64,000 nucleotides of DNA. Source: a virus. This document shows, in pieces, positions 25,322 through 33,343 of this stretch. The stretch's first letter is position 1, and each line of letters starts with the position of its first letter. A model generated the notes under the pieces. It searched no databases. It saw only the letters and a list, made by a program, of their open reading frames with translations, and was not told the DNA's origin. Location: the IMG/VR virus record IMGVR_UViG_3300029950_000012, one strand, 5' to 3'. Both the position numbers and the translations under genes were made by a program.

Positions 25322-25558
25322 GTGTCTAAGAAAACTTACACATGGTTATGGTCACTAGAAAAAAGCAAAGAATACAATCTAATTGATGGCGAAAAGAAAC
25401 TGACCCGCCGTAAAATATTTATGTACAGCAAGGGGAATACCGAAGTAACGTATTCATATTGTAGACGCTGGCTCCATGCTTGGAATTTAGGTGGCGAACT
25501 GCGTGTAACTTTTCTAGGCATCGAACGCCATAGAAAAAACTTTAAGCCAAGGTGGTGA
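25322..25558 (+). CDS. hypothetical protein (78 aa, GTG start)
   Basis: AGGAGAAAGG SD 4 nt upstream of the GTG. Confidence 0.45.
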   Translation: MSKKTYTWLWSLEKSKEYNLIDGEKKLTRRKIFMYSKGNTEVTYSYCRRWLHAWNLGGELRVTFLGIERHRKNFKPRW

Positions 25559-25559
25559 C

Positions 25560-25676
25560 ATGAGAACTCCAGAAAAGAAAGGTTGGCCTGATGTGGTGTC
25601 TGAAATTGTCCATTGGGTTGGGGGGATTTGCCTCTTTGCTCTTTTCATTATCTGGTCTACGGGGGGTTTTAGATGA
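25560..25676 (+). CDS. hypothetical small membrane protein (38 aa, below the ORF-track cutoff)
   Basis: Fills the gap and ends in an ATGA overlap with the next gene. TM span GGICLFALFIIW. Confidence 0.35.
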   Translation: MRTPEKKGWPDVVSEIVHWVGGICLFALFIIWSTGGFR

Positions 25677-25957
25677 AAAAGTTATTAGAGCTAGTAGCGC
25701 TTTGTAAATGCAGTGTGTCTATAGTAGTTAATGACCACAAAGATAATTACCAAGGTGTGGAAGCATACATAAGCGATCTAAGAACAATCTATGAGGAGGA
25801 GATTGAGGAAGAGATATTAAATGGCATGATTGCAAATGATACTATAGTCTGTTTGCGTGTGTATCCCGATACTCCTGTAGGTTTTAATGTCGCTTACCAT
25901 TATGATGTTGATATATTAATGGATGAAATGATAAAGCACCTAAAAGAAGAGGGTTAA
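25673..25957 (+). CDS. hypothetical protein (94 aa)
   Basis: ORF in the string. Confidence 0.5.
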   Translation: MKKLLELVALCKCSVSIVVNDHKDNYQGVEAYISDLRTIYEEEIEEEILNGMIANDTIVCLRVYPDTPVGFNVAYHYDVDILMDEMIKHLKEEG

Positions 25958-25976
25958 AGATGCTTGGGGAAACTGT

Positions 25977-26177
25977 ATGAAAAAAGAATGTACACTATGC
26001 CATAAGGAAAAAGAAGCCGCCGCATTTAGGAAGAAAGTTTCTAGAGCGGATGGGCTTTCCTCTGCGTGCAAGGTGTGTCTAAAGGTTTATGACACTAAAA
26101 GAAATGAGACGCTGAAGCAACGTGATAACGGCCTAACCCCAAAGGGCCACAACTGGCTAAGCGTTCCTATAATATGA
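25977..26177 (+). CDS. small zinc-ribbon protein (66 aa)
   Basis: CTLCHKEK...F.....ADGLSSACKVC is a CxxC...CxxC pattern like the zinc loop found at the N-terminus of some phage homing endonucleases. No nuclease domain is present. Confidence 0.5.
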   Translation: MKKECTLCHKEKEAAAFRKKVSRADGLSSACKVCLKVYDTKRNETLKQRDNGLTPKGHNWLSVPII

Positions 26178-26434
26178 GACTTAGCAAAATTGAAGTAGGT
26201 CATTATAAAGTTACAGGCACTGACCTAGAAGTAATCCGTTATCAGAAGTATAATGGACATGCCCACCGTGACCACTGGAAGTTAGTCACACCTGCGGGTA
26301 AAGTAAGACCTGAATATGTCCACCATACGGCAAGGCTTTTAGAAGACGTTAAGATCTGGTTATTCCAGAACTGGGCGGGTTCTATGGCCAATGCTGTTGT
26401 CAAAAATAAAGTTCGTAGGAGAAAAAGAAGATGA
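26174..26434 (+). CDS. hypothetical protein (86 aa)
   Basis: ATGA overlap. Basic tail. Confidence 0.5.
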   Translation: MRLSKIEVGHYKVTGTDLEVIRYQKYNGHAHRDHWKLVTPAGKVRPEYVHHTARLLEDVKIWLFQNWAGSMANAVVKNKVRRRKRR

Positions 26435-27135
26435 GTGCAGAAATACGACTACGGTTAATTCAAATGCTTTTAGGGCAAGAGCTAAGGACTAACGAAACAG
26501 CAAAGATTATTCTTAATGCTGAAGAGCTAGATATAGTACTTGTGTCCATGCAAGAAACGCACAAGTACCCCTCTACAGTACATAAGCTTAGCCAACGTGT
26601 TGCCAGTGCAGAAGCTGCACAGCACAAGGCGGAAGACGCATTCGAGAAACAAAAGTTTGATCTGTTAGACGCAAATCCACAATGGGGTGAAACAAACGAA
26701 CGCCTAGCCTCTCGTATCGGTGAGTTAGCGGATAACCTCTCTAATGCTTACAAACGTGTTAATGAAGCGGATGAGCGTACTAGGATTGTACAGGACTCGC
26801 TGTTAAAATATCAGCATATTCACTTGGAGTTAAATAACAAACTTAAGCATGACAAAGCCCACGTTTCAGCCATGGGTCGCCAGAACCAAGCTATTACTAG
26901 TAAGCTACAGTTAATGCAGAAGACTCTCGACACCCAAGCGTTTAAGTTTAGTAATGCAATGGGTGGTAAGGATAAGATCATTGATGCGCTACTACAAGAG
27001 AAGCTTAAGTTGCAAGTGTCTTTTGGTTCTGGTGAAGAGGTTGTACTAGACACCCAAACGTTTTCTGATCAAAACATTAAGTTAAACCTAACCTATAACG
27101 AACCTGAACCAAAGGAAGATGAAGATGGTATCTAA
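26431..27135 (+). CDS. hypothetical coiled-coil protein (234 aa)
   Basis: ATGA overlap. Long heptad-like, Glu/Lys/Gln/Leu-rich sequence. Confidence 0.55.
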   Translation: MSAEIRLRLIQMLLGQELRTNETAKIILNAEELDIVLVSMQETHKYPSTVHKLSQRVASAEAAQHKAEDAFEKQKFDLLDANPQWGETNERLASRIGELADNLSNAYKRVNEADERTRIVQDSLLKYQHIHLELNNKLKHDKAHVSAMGRQNQAITSKLQLMQKTLDTQAFKFSNAMGGKDKIIDALLQEKLKLQVSFGSGEEVVLDTQTFSDQNIKLNLTYNEPEPKEDEDGI

Positions 27136-27844
27136 AATTAAGCCGAAGATAATCCATAACGATCTAATCATGCAGGAATTTGAAGTGTTCCTAAAAGAAC
27201 AAGTGGATGTTGCAACCATTAACGATGAAACGAGAAACGCTTTACAGGTCGCTTTCTTCTTTGGCGCTTTTGCTACTGCAAAGTATAATATGTTCACAAG
27301 CTATGAAAGCCAAGAACAGTACGCCCCAGTTGGAAAGGCCTTGGCTGATGAATTGATTCTATTTGGTCAGCAGCGCGGGTTGCTAGAAGCTGAGATGATG
27401 GAGGAGCCCATGATAGGCACAGGTGACTTCTCAGAAATAGCTACCTTACCTACAGAGGACGACGCTATTTATGAAATTTGTGCAGATGGTGCGCCTAGTT
27501 ATGTCCTTTATAACGAAGAGGACGACGTGTATATATTTGAAGTTGACGGCAAAGCATTAGCGAAAGGTCGTGAATACATTATGGAACATTTCGACGCATG
27601 GCGTCCTTGTGTTGAAAACTGCCAAGATGCTGCAACGTTAATACCAGATGGCTTTAAAAGTATTGATAGTGCGCCTAAGGATGGTACAGGTATTACAGTA
27701 ATAACTAAAATACCTGAAATCGGTGAACAGCTCCTACATTTCCGCGCATACTATGATCGTGTTAAAGGACATTGGATGGGTGTTATCAGCGGTGATACTG
27801 ATCGTAAAGTATTCCCAGTTGCTTGGAAGGAGATCCAACATTAG
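27119..27844 (+). CDS. hypothetical protein (241 aa), DUF551-like C-terminus (tentative)
   Basis: The C-terminal IDSAPKDGTGITVITK...HFRAYYDRVKGHWMGV...VAWKEI resembles the W/I....P.dG..vlv...a.y....g.W pattern of DUF551. Confidence 0.5.
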   Translation: MKMVSKIKPKIIHNDLIMQEFEVFLKEQVDVATINDETRNALQVAFFFGAFATAKYNMFTSYESQEQYAPVGKALADELILFGQQRGLLEAEMMEEPMIGTGDFSEIATLPTEDDAIYEICADGAPSYVLYNEEDDVYIFEVDGKALAKGREYIMEHFDAWRPCVENCQDAATLIPDGFKSIDSAPKDGTGITVITKIPEIGEQLLHFRAYYDRVKGHWMGVISGDTDRKVFPVAWKEIQH

Positions 27845-28046
27845 CGGTACATTTGCGGAGGTGACCTTAACAGTCACCATTCCGCTCTCTCAACCATGGG
27901 CAGATAACGAATCTGCTGGCGTAATACGCAACAGGGCAAAGAGACAAGCGACCGAACAACTACAACGCGCTCTTCAAAATGATAAAGTGAAAGGCGTAAT
28001 TAAAGATCAAGCTGTAGTAATGATATACAGCACAACGGAAGAATAG
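27840..28046 (+). CDS. hypothetical protein with a non-AUG start (ATT at 27840 or GTG at 27861)
   Basis: The frame is open from 27723, but that part overlaps the upstream gene. AAGGAG at 27827-27832 lies 7 nt before the in-frame ATT. There is no in-frame ATG near the 5' end. Confidence 0.35.
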   Translation: MSGTFAEVTLTVTIPLSQPWADNESAGVIRNRAKRQATEQLQRALQNDKVKGVIKDQAVVMIYSTTEE

Positions 28047-28048
28047 AT

Positions 28049-28618
28049 ATGAACGTTAACTGTAATGCGGAGCCAATGGGTGATGGACGTAACATTTGTC
28101 GCCCTTGCGGACTTCAGTGGAATGATAACGAGGGTGACAAATGCCACCGCACTGAACAGAATGTACAGAAGTACGTTATTGTTGATGTAATACTAAAAGA
28201 AGTACAAGATGTATCAGTTGATCAGTTCCAAAAGATAAACCCGTTACATATTGTCAGAAACAATACGCCAGATGCCCAGCATGGTTTCCTTGAAGCGGAA
28301 GAAACTATTTCTGAAAAGACTGTGATTGATCTTGAGTATTTTACAGGTCAAGAAAATGGTCAATGTGGTGGCATGTACCTTGGCTATAATAGTGTAGTAG
28401 CAAGTAAGCTAGGTTTCATGTTCGAGAACTTTAGAAAGCAGCGTACAGCCTTTACCCATTTACAAGATGAATCACGTTACCATGCGAATGAAGCAAAGGC
28501 CGCCAACGCCCGAGTTGAAGCACAAGTGAAAACAGAAGTGCTAATTAAGGAAGCGCCCTTTTGGCGTCGGTCAGCGTTTGCAATTACAGGTAATACAGAA
28601 TGGCTAGTGAACCGATAG
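28049..28618 (+). CDS. hypothetical protein (189 aa) with an N-terminal Cys cluster
   Basis: CNAEPMGDGRNICRPCGLQWNDNEGDKCH suggests a zinc site. Confidence 0.5.
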   Translation: MNVNCNAEPMGDGRNICRPCGLQWNDNEGDKCHRTEQNVQKYVIVDVILKEVQDVSVDQFQKINPLHIVRNNTPDAQHGFLEAEETISEKTVIDLEYFTGQENGQCGGMYLGYNSVVASKLGFMFENFRKQRTAFTHLQDESRYHANEAKAANARVEAQVKTEVLIKEAPFWRRSAFAITGNTEWLVNR

Positions 28619-29013
28619 ACGGTTCTTTTACTGTAGTAGATGAGAAGGTGGTGGGGGTTAGTCCAACCCCGCTCGCCGACTTCACTCCGCAGTATGATGA
28701 ACTTGGAAGACTAAAACCTTTTAAAGAAATTAGCATTTCAGAGTATTACTTAGCTGAACAGTATGATTCGCAGGGTGTGGATTATGTTATTCAAATGAAA
28801 ATGAAAATGGGAGGGTTTATCTTTGTTGAGCAAGGTGGCCGCCTCCACTTTTGCGGCAGAGTAGAGAGGTACCAATGTCACAGAACAATGAACCTAGTGG
28901 TAAGGCAGTACATCGACGTAGACGACGCCGAAAAAATCCCGCTAAGCGCCAAACAGCTCGGGACATTAGTGAAGCACAGTCAAAGGCAGCTCCCGCCTAC
29001 CAGGAAGCCTTAA
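28600..29013 (+). CDS. hypothetical protein (137 aa)
   Basis: ORF whose last ~45 codons overlap the next gene in another frame. Confidence 0.45.
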   Translation: MASEPIDGSFTVVDEKVVGVSPTPLADFTPQYDELGRLKPFKEISISEYYLAEQYDSQGVDYVIQMKMKMGGFIFVEQGGRLHFCGRVERYQCHRTMNLVVRQYIDVDDAEKIPLSAKQLGTLVKHSQRQLPPTRKP

Positions 29014-29147
29014 CGGAGTTGCTGGACACAATACCTAAAGGCTATGAGGTGTTCATAGACAGAAAGCAGGGACGTATAACGGCTATTAAATATGGGGGAA
29101 TGTTTCCCTCTACCGTCGTTTACCAAGGATTTGGCAAGTGGGCCTAA
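28875..29147 (+). CDS. hypothetical basic protein (90 aa)
   Basis: ATG with GAGAGG SD (MSQNNEPSGKAVHRRRRRRKNPAKRQ...) preferred over the TTG at 28851. Confidence 0.45.
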   Translation: MSQNNEPSGKAVHRRRRRRKNPAKRQTARDISEAQSKAAPAYQEALTELLDTIPKGYEVFIDRKQGRITAIKYGGMFPSTVVYQGFGKWA

Positions 29148-29198
29148 TCTAAGCTATGATTATAAGCCATACACACACACATACGTAAAGGTGAAGTA

Positions 29199-29390
29199 AT
29201 GAATGAAGTAATGCATAAGTCCCTTCAGAACGCAGAGAAACAAGCAGAGGGGGTACTTAAGGCCGCTGTACAGATGGTAGAAGCCCAATTTGTTCCAGGG
29301 TACGCCATGAAGAACCCCTCCATTGTTACCGCCATGGTCAAGACGCTAAACATCTTCGTAACAGCAGAAATAAAAAGCCAACAACAGTAA
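29199..29390 (+). CDS. hypothetical protein (63 aa)
   Basis: AAAGGTGAAG SD upstream. Confidence 0.5.
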   Translation: MNEVMHKSLQNAEKQAEGVLKAAVQMVEAQFVPGYAMKNPSIVTAMVKTLNIFVTAEIKSQQQ

Positions 29391-29406
29391 ACCTTAGGTT
29401 ACCCCT

Positions 29407-31848
29407 ATGTCTAATAAGAAAGTCAGGGTTGCTTTTGGGCGCACCGTTAAAAGCAATCGCATAAGAAATGAACGGTTGACAATGGGACAGCTATATGACC
29501 TATTCGAAAAACCGGAAGTACGGGAAAAGAAAGACGGTAAATATTTTATATTCGCAAGCTTCTCAGACACCAAACGTAATGTCCAAACGGTTGACAAATA
29601 CTATGGTGCCACACTTGATTTGGATGATACCGATTTAAGTAAAAAAGAAATTCGCGAAGTGTATGGAAAATATAATTGCTTTATTTATTCTACCCACTCT
29701 CACATGACAACCCAGTATGATGAGAAGAAAAAAGAAGATGTTTATAAAGGCAATCGTTACCGCGTAGTTATCCCTTATAAGAAACCTGTTAGTAATGCAG
29801 TACATGTAAATGCAATGCTCAGTCTCATGGTTATGGCGGATGCTGTAGGAACGGATTTATCAGCCAAAGCTTTATCACGCCCCATGTACCTTCCTGCTTT
29901 TCAAAAGAAGATGAGGAAGAAATTCTATACATGGCGAAATGACCAAGCGAAACTATTCAACGCTGAAAAGATAAAGCTCACAGGGGAACAAGAGTTTTTA
30001 CTACAGGAACTGCAAGAGTCAATAACTGAAAGGGTAGACATTACCACTAAGGTTGCAGATGGCGATCGTAACAATTCATTAGCCAAAATAGCCGGTAAGT
30101 TTATTCACGAGGGTATGACTCTCGAAGATACCATGAATGCTGTTAAGGCTTTGAACATTACCCAGTTCAACCCGCCAAAGAAAGACAGTGAAGTAGAAAC
30201 CACAGTTAACTCTATTTGGAAATCGCACATTAGAAATAATGGTGATGACGATTGGAGTGGTGAACAGATTTTAGATATTGTTAAGAAAACGCCAAGCATC
30301 CTTTTAGATGATGTTCCCCATTATTTAAAAATGTTAGCTATGGGTGAGATAAAAGGGAAAGTCACGACCCTTGAAAAAGCAGCCATACTAAAAGGAATTA
30401 AAAAGTCTGCGGGCGATGTGACCATTTCTGATTTAAAAACAGAGTGCAAAGCAATATCACGCAACATAAAATCAGACAATGAGAATGGAACCGCAATATT
30501 AGGGGAAGGGTTAGAAAAAGCGATTGACTCAATGAGGGAACAATTCGACGGTGTGTTCTTTGTCGCAGGTATGAATAAGATGGTAAATTTCCATACCGGC
30601 ATAGAAATGAAGATTGAAGCGTTTGATCGTGTTAATAACAGAATTAGAAAACAGGGAGTAGGGCAGGGAACCCCATCTACAATACTACAGTCAATAAGAG
30701 CAATTAAGACTGTTGATGTTATGCAATACGTACCAGGGTATGACAGGGTATTTAAAACGCCTCGTGGGGCTAGGGTACTAAACACTTACTTTGCACCTGA
30801 GATAGAGGAGGAAAAGGGAAGCGTTAAAATAATGCTAGACCATTTCAAATACCTATTCCCAAACCGCAAAGAAAGGGAAATTATTTTAGCCTTCATCGCA
30901 TATCATGTGCAGAAGCCAGGACTTAAGTTCAAATGGATGCCAGTAATAAGAGGTAATAAGGGTATTGGTAAATCTCTATTAGCTGATTATCTTATTGGGC
31001 CGTTACTTGGTGAAGACAATCTAAAAACACTGGATACAACGGAAAAGGTCTCAGGTCGTTTTAACGATTGGCAGACAGGTAGCCAGTTAGTAGTACTACA
31101 GGAGCTGCACACAGGGGCTAATGCGAATAAGCGTAGTGAACTAACAGAGCATATCAAATCCTTTATAACAGATAGAACCGTTTCTATTGAACGTAAGGGC
31201 ATAGATATTCAACAAATGCCAAACACTACCAACATGTTAGCTTTTACGAACCACGACGAGAGTGTTTATATAACACCAGATGAACGTCGGTTTTGTATGT
31301 TTCATATTAAGGCAACAAAAAAGTCACCAGCATACTATGACAGGCTTGTAGCATTTTTTGAGGAGGAACTGCCAGCCATTCGGTATTACTTCCTTAATAG
31401 AAGACTTAAAAATATAAACCCAAATAGCCTTCCTGTAACTCGCTATACACAGAAGGTCATGATGGACTCTCAAGATTCTGAATCCCGCGCCATACTAGAA
31501 ATGGTTAAAGATAAGAGAGGGATAATTAATTGTCACGCTGCATTTAGCTGGTCAGCAGTATGTGAACTAACCGGCAACTATAAAAGAAGTGCAAACCTAC
31601 AGAAAGATAACGACGTTGACATACCTGCACGTAACAGCGCACAGGGCAAACGTTTAGCCAGTGCACTAACCAATGCAGGGTTTGAGGAATATGGAGCGCC
31701 AGGGTATAAGATGCTGCTGGATGGCAAAAGGGAAACTGTATTTAAGCATAAGTCTTTTAAAGTGAATTCTAGACGGAAGGTACTTATGGAAGTTAAAGAG
31801 GCGAAGATTTCTGTAGATAGAAGGATGGAGGGAGAAGATTTTGAATAA
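29407..31848 (+). CDS. DNA primase / SF3 helicase (P4/D5/VirE-type primase-helicase)
   Basis: 813 aa. The C-terminal P-loop GNKGIGKS and Walker B VVLQELH match P4/D5-type proteins. The N-terminal primase part is assigned from architecture only. Confidence 0.8.
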   Translation: MSNKKVRVAFGRTVKSNRIRNERLTMGQLYDLFEKPEVREKKDGKYFIFASFSDTKRNVQTVDKYYGATLDLDDTDLSKKEIREVYGKYNCFIYSTHSHMTTQYDEKKKEDVYKGNRYRVVIPYKKPVSNAVHVNAMLSLMVMADAVGTDLSAKALSRPMYLPAFQKKMRKKFYTWRNDQAKLFNAEKIKLTGEQEFLLQELQESITERVDITTKVADGDRNNSLAKIAGKFIHEGMTLEDTMNAVKALNITQFNPPKKDSEVETTVNSIWKSHIRNNGDDDWSGEQILDIVKKTPSILLDDVPHYLKMLAMGEIKGKVTTLEKAAILKGIKKSAGDVTISDLKTECKAISRNIKSDNENGTAILGEGLEKAIDSMREQFDGVFFVAGMNKMVNFHTGIEMKIEAFDRVNNRIRKQGVGQGTPSTILQSIRAIKTVDVMQYVPGYDRVFKTPRGARVLNTYFAPEIEEEKGSVKIMLDHFKYLFPNRKEREIILAFIAYHVQKPGLKFKWMPVIRGNKGIGKSLLADYLIGPLLGEDNLKTLDTTEKVSGRFNDWQTGSQLVVLQELHTGANANKRSELTEHIKSFITDRTVSIERKGIDIQQMPNTTNMLAFTNHDESVYITPDERRFCMFHIKATKKSPAYYDRLVAFFEEELPAIRYYFLNRRLKNINPNSLPVTRYTQKVMMDSQDSESRAILEMVKDKRGIINCHAAFSWSAVCELTGNYKRSANLQKDNDVDIPARNSAQGKRLASALTNAGFEEYGAPGYKMLLDGKRETVFKHKSFKVNSRRKVLMEVKEAKISVDRRMEGEDFE

Positions 31849-31864
31849 ATAATTAATTAAAAGG

Positions 31865-31893
31865 TTTACACCTAAGAAGTACTGTAATACTAT
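31865..31893 (+). promoter_or_regulatory. sigma70-like promoter (TGTAATACTATAGC type)
   Basis: TTTACA-17 nt-TACTAT. The -10 region and leader are nearly identical to the copy at 42552-42580. Confidence 0.6.
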
Positions 31894-31944
31894 AGCATCT
31901 CTTTCGAAGACAACGTTAAACATTAAGAACTTGGAGAAACACAA

Positions 31945-32601
31945 ATGAGTAAGTTAACACTAGAACAAATTGCGGCCATTACGATTGGTGATTTAATCAA
32001 CATCGCGGTATCATCGGTTTCCGGTAGTACTGCTGCTGAAGAAACTGAAACTAAAACTGAAAAGCCTGCTAAAAAAGCGAAAGCGAAAAAAGCGGAAAAA
32101 GTAGAAAAGAAGCCAGCTAAAAAAGCTAAAAAGGTTTCTAAAGTCGCTCTTACCAAATTGCATAAAGAAGCAAAAGCGGAAGAAGCTGATGAAGCCAAAT
32201 CCGCACTAGCAGTGTTTGACGCAAAGAAAGTCGCAGATGTTGATGAAGATGATTATCCAGCATTGGCAGTATTGTTGCAGCAAGTGATCGACGGCGAATA
32301 CGAAGAAGAAGAAAAGGACGAAGAAGAAGAAGAAGAAGAAGATGACGACGAAAAAGAAGAGGCAGATGACGAAGAAGTCAACGCTGAAACTCTTACCGCT
32401 TTGATCAACGAAGGCTTAGAAGACGAAGACCTCGAAGATGAAGTTATCGACGCAATCAAAGGCTATAAGCTTAAGCCTGCGAAGAAAGATAAAAAAGTGA
32501 CGTTAAAGTCTGTTGAAAAATTGTCTGACGAAGACATTGAAGAGTGCTACACAGAAGTACTCGACATCGTTGAGCCAGAAGATGAAGAAGACGACGATTA
32601 A
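31945..32601 (+). CDS. bipolar Lys/Ala-rich and poly-acidic protein (218 aa)
   Basis: KPAKKAKAKKAEKVEKKPAKKAKKVSK block followed by EEEEKDEEEEEEEDDDEKEEADDEE and further D/E runs. The (GAA)n-type tract at about 32296-32350 is coding. Confidence 0.6.
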   Translation: MSKLTLEQIAAITIGDLINIAVSSVSGSTAAEETETKTEKPAKKAKAKKAEKVEKKPAKKAKKVSKVALTKLHKEAKAEEADEAKSALAVFDAKKVADVDEDDYPALAVLLQQVIDGEYEEEEKDEEEEEEEDDDEKEEADDEEVNAETLTALINEGLEDEDLEDEVIDAIKGYKLKPAKKDKKVTLKSVEKLSDEDIEECYTEVLDIVEPEDEEDDD

Positions 32602-32604
32602 GCA

Positions 32605-32633
32605 TTGCTTTATCTAAAATAGTGTATTACTAT
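32605..32633 (+). promoter_or_regulatory. sigma70-like promoter at the head of the ORF-free structured locus
   Basis: TTGCTT-17 nt-TACTAT read directly, immediately after the stop at 32601. Confidence 0.5.
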
Positions 32634-32763
32634 TGTTGAACTTGCTAAGGGAACCCCAAGCTCCCTTAGCACTATAACCGAAACCCTTCTCTATGTTGAA
32701 GATGCTCGATACGTCTTTTCATTAGAGTCATAGAGAAGGTGAGTAGGCCAAGTGTTTATTTGG

Positions 32764-32831
32764 AAGGGGTTAGCTCAATGGTAGAGCCCTGGCCAAGGTC
32801 AAAGACGGGGGTTCAATTCCCTTACCCTTTC
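32764..32831 (+). tRNA. tRNA-like element 1 (tRNA-Gly(GCC)-related sequence, non-canonical anticodon arm)
   Basis: Acceptor AAGGGGT/ACCCTTT with a G.U at the third pair. D arm GCTC-AATGGTA-GAGC. T arm GGGGG-TTCAATT-CCCTT. Only 19 nt lie between the D and T stems (CCT-GGCCA-AGG), so there is no 5-bp stem with 7-nt loop. About 68 nt long, with no encoded CCA in register. Confidence 0.45.
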
Positions 32832-32951
32832 CAAATAAGCATTTTAACTCAACCAATGTAAGTTGGTATATTAGGGCATGTCATCTGACACCTAACCGAG
32901 TAAAACGACTAGGGGTATCCCCAGTCAAATAAATTAAAAGTGTTCATTCAG

Positions 32952-33022
32952 ATGGGGTATAGCGACAACGGTAGAGCACCTTAGTACAAGGCGGATGGAG
33001 GGTTCGACTCCCCAGCCCTATC
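32952..33022 (+). tRNA. tRNA-like element 2 (non-canonical D, anticodon and T stems)
   Basis: Acceptor ATGGGGT/GCCCTAT with a G.U at the third pair. D region AGCGACAACGGTAGAGC. Anticodon-position hairpin CCTT-AGTAC-AAGG. T loop TTCGACT closed by only 3 clean pairs. Confidence 0.4.
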
Positions 33023-33138
33023 TGAATGAGCATTTAAAAGAATTTCCTGTATAGTACTAGTGTAACGACTGGGAGGGCGCGGGACGCAATGTAGCATCGG
33101 GGTTGACTGACGTTCTGCCTGCTACACTTTTGATTGAC

Positions 33139-33174
33139 TATTCTCTCAGACCTAGCGCTAGGTCTGAGAGAATA
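33139..33174. repeat. 36-nt perfect palindrome
   Basis: TATTCTCTCAGACCTAGC|GCTAGGTCTGAGAGAATA read directly (18-nt arms, no spacer). Confidence 0.9.
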
Positions 33175-33294
33175 TGTGAGGGCTGTTACCCTTGCGGTCA
33201 ATTACGAGTAAGGACGATAAGAATTAAAAGTTTTACCAGTAGACTTAAATTAAATTTTAGCGTCTGCAATCGTAGTTTACTGGTAGATTAAATA

Positions 33295-33343
33295 TGGATG
33301 GTTAGAGTTGGTAGCTCTTAGGTTCGATTCCTAAAACCATCCA
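33295..33343 (+). ncRNA. tRNA-like element 3: acceptor + D-like hairpin + T arm, no anticodon arm
   Basis: TGGATGGTT pairs with AACCATCCA (9 bp). D-like hairpin GAG-TTGGTAG-CTC. Perfect T arm TTAGG-TTCGATT-CCTAA. Only about 49 nt, with nothing between the D-like and T arms. Confidence 0.5.

Noticed and set aside
30321-30785. Minus-strand 154-aa ORF inside the primase-helicase gene. Similar antisense ORFs occur at 35148-35537 and 41424-41957.
   Set aside because: They are antisense to well-supported genes with clear motifs. They have no SD, and they sit within uniformly plus-strand operons.
32296-32350. (GAA)n-type tracts here and at about 35976-36030 as tandem repeats or a CRISPR-like array.
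   Set aside because: They are in-frame poly-Glu/Asp coding tracts of the 31945 and 35242 genes. They have no spacer-repeat architecture.
32764-33022. Calling the two tRNA-like elements as functional tRNA-Gly(GCC) and tRNA-Tyr(GUA).
   Set aside because: Neither can be folded with a 5-bp anticodon stem and a 7-nt loop with U33. Element 1 is about 3-4 nt short between the D and T arms. Element 2 has weak D and T stems. The anticodon assignments would be guesses.
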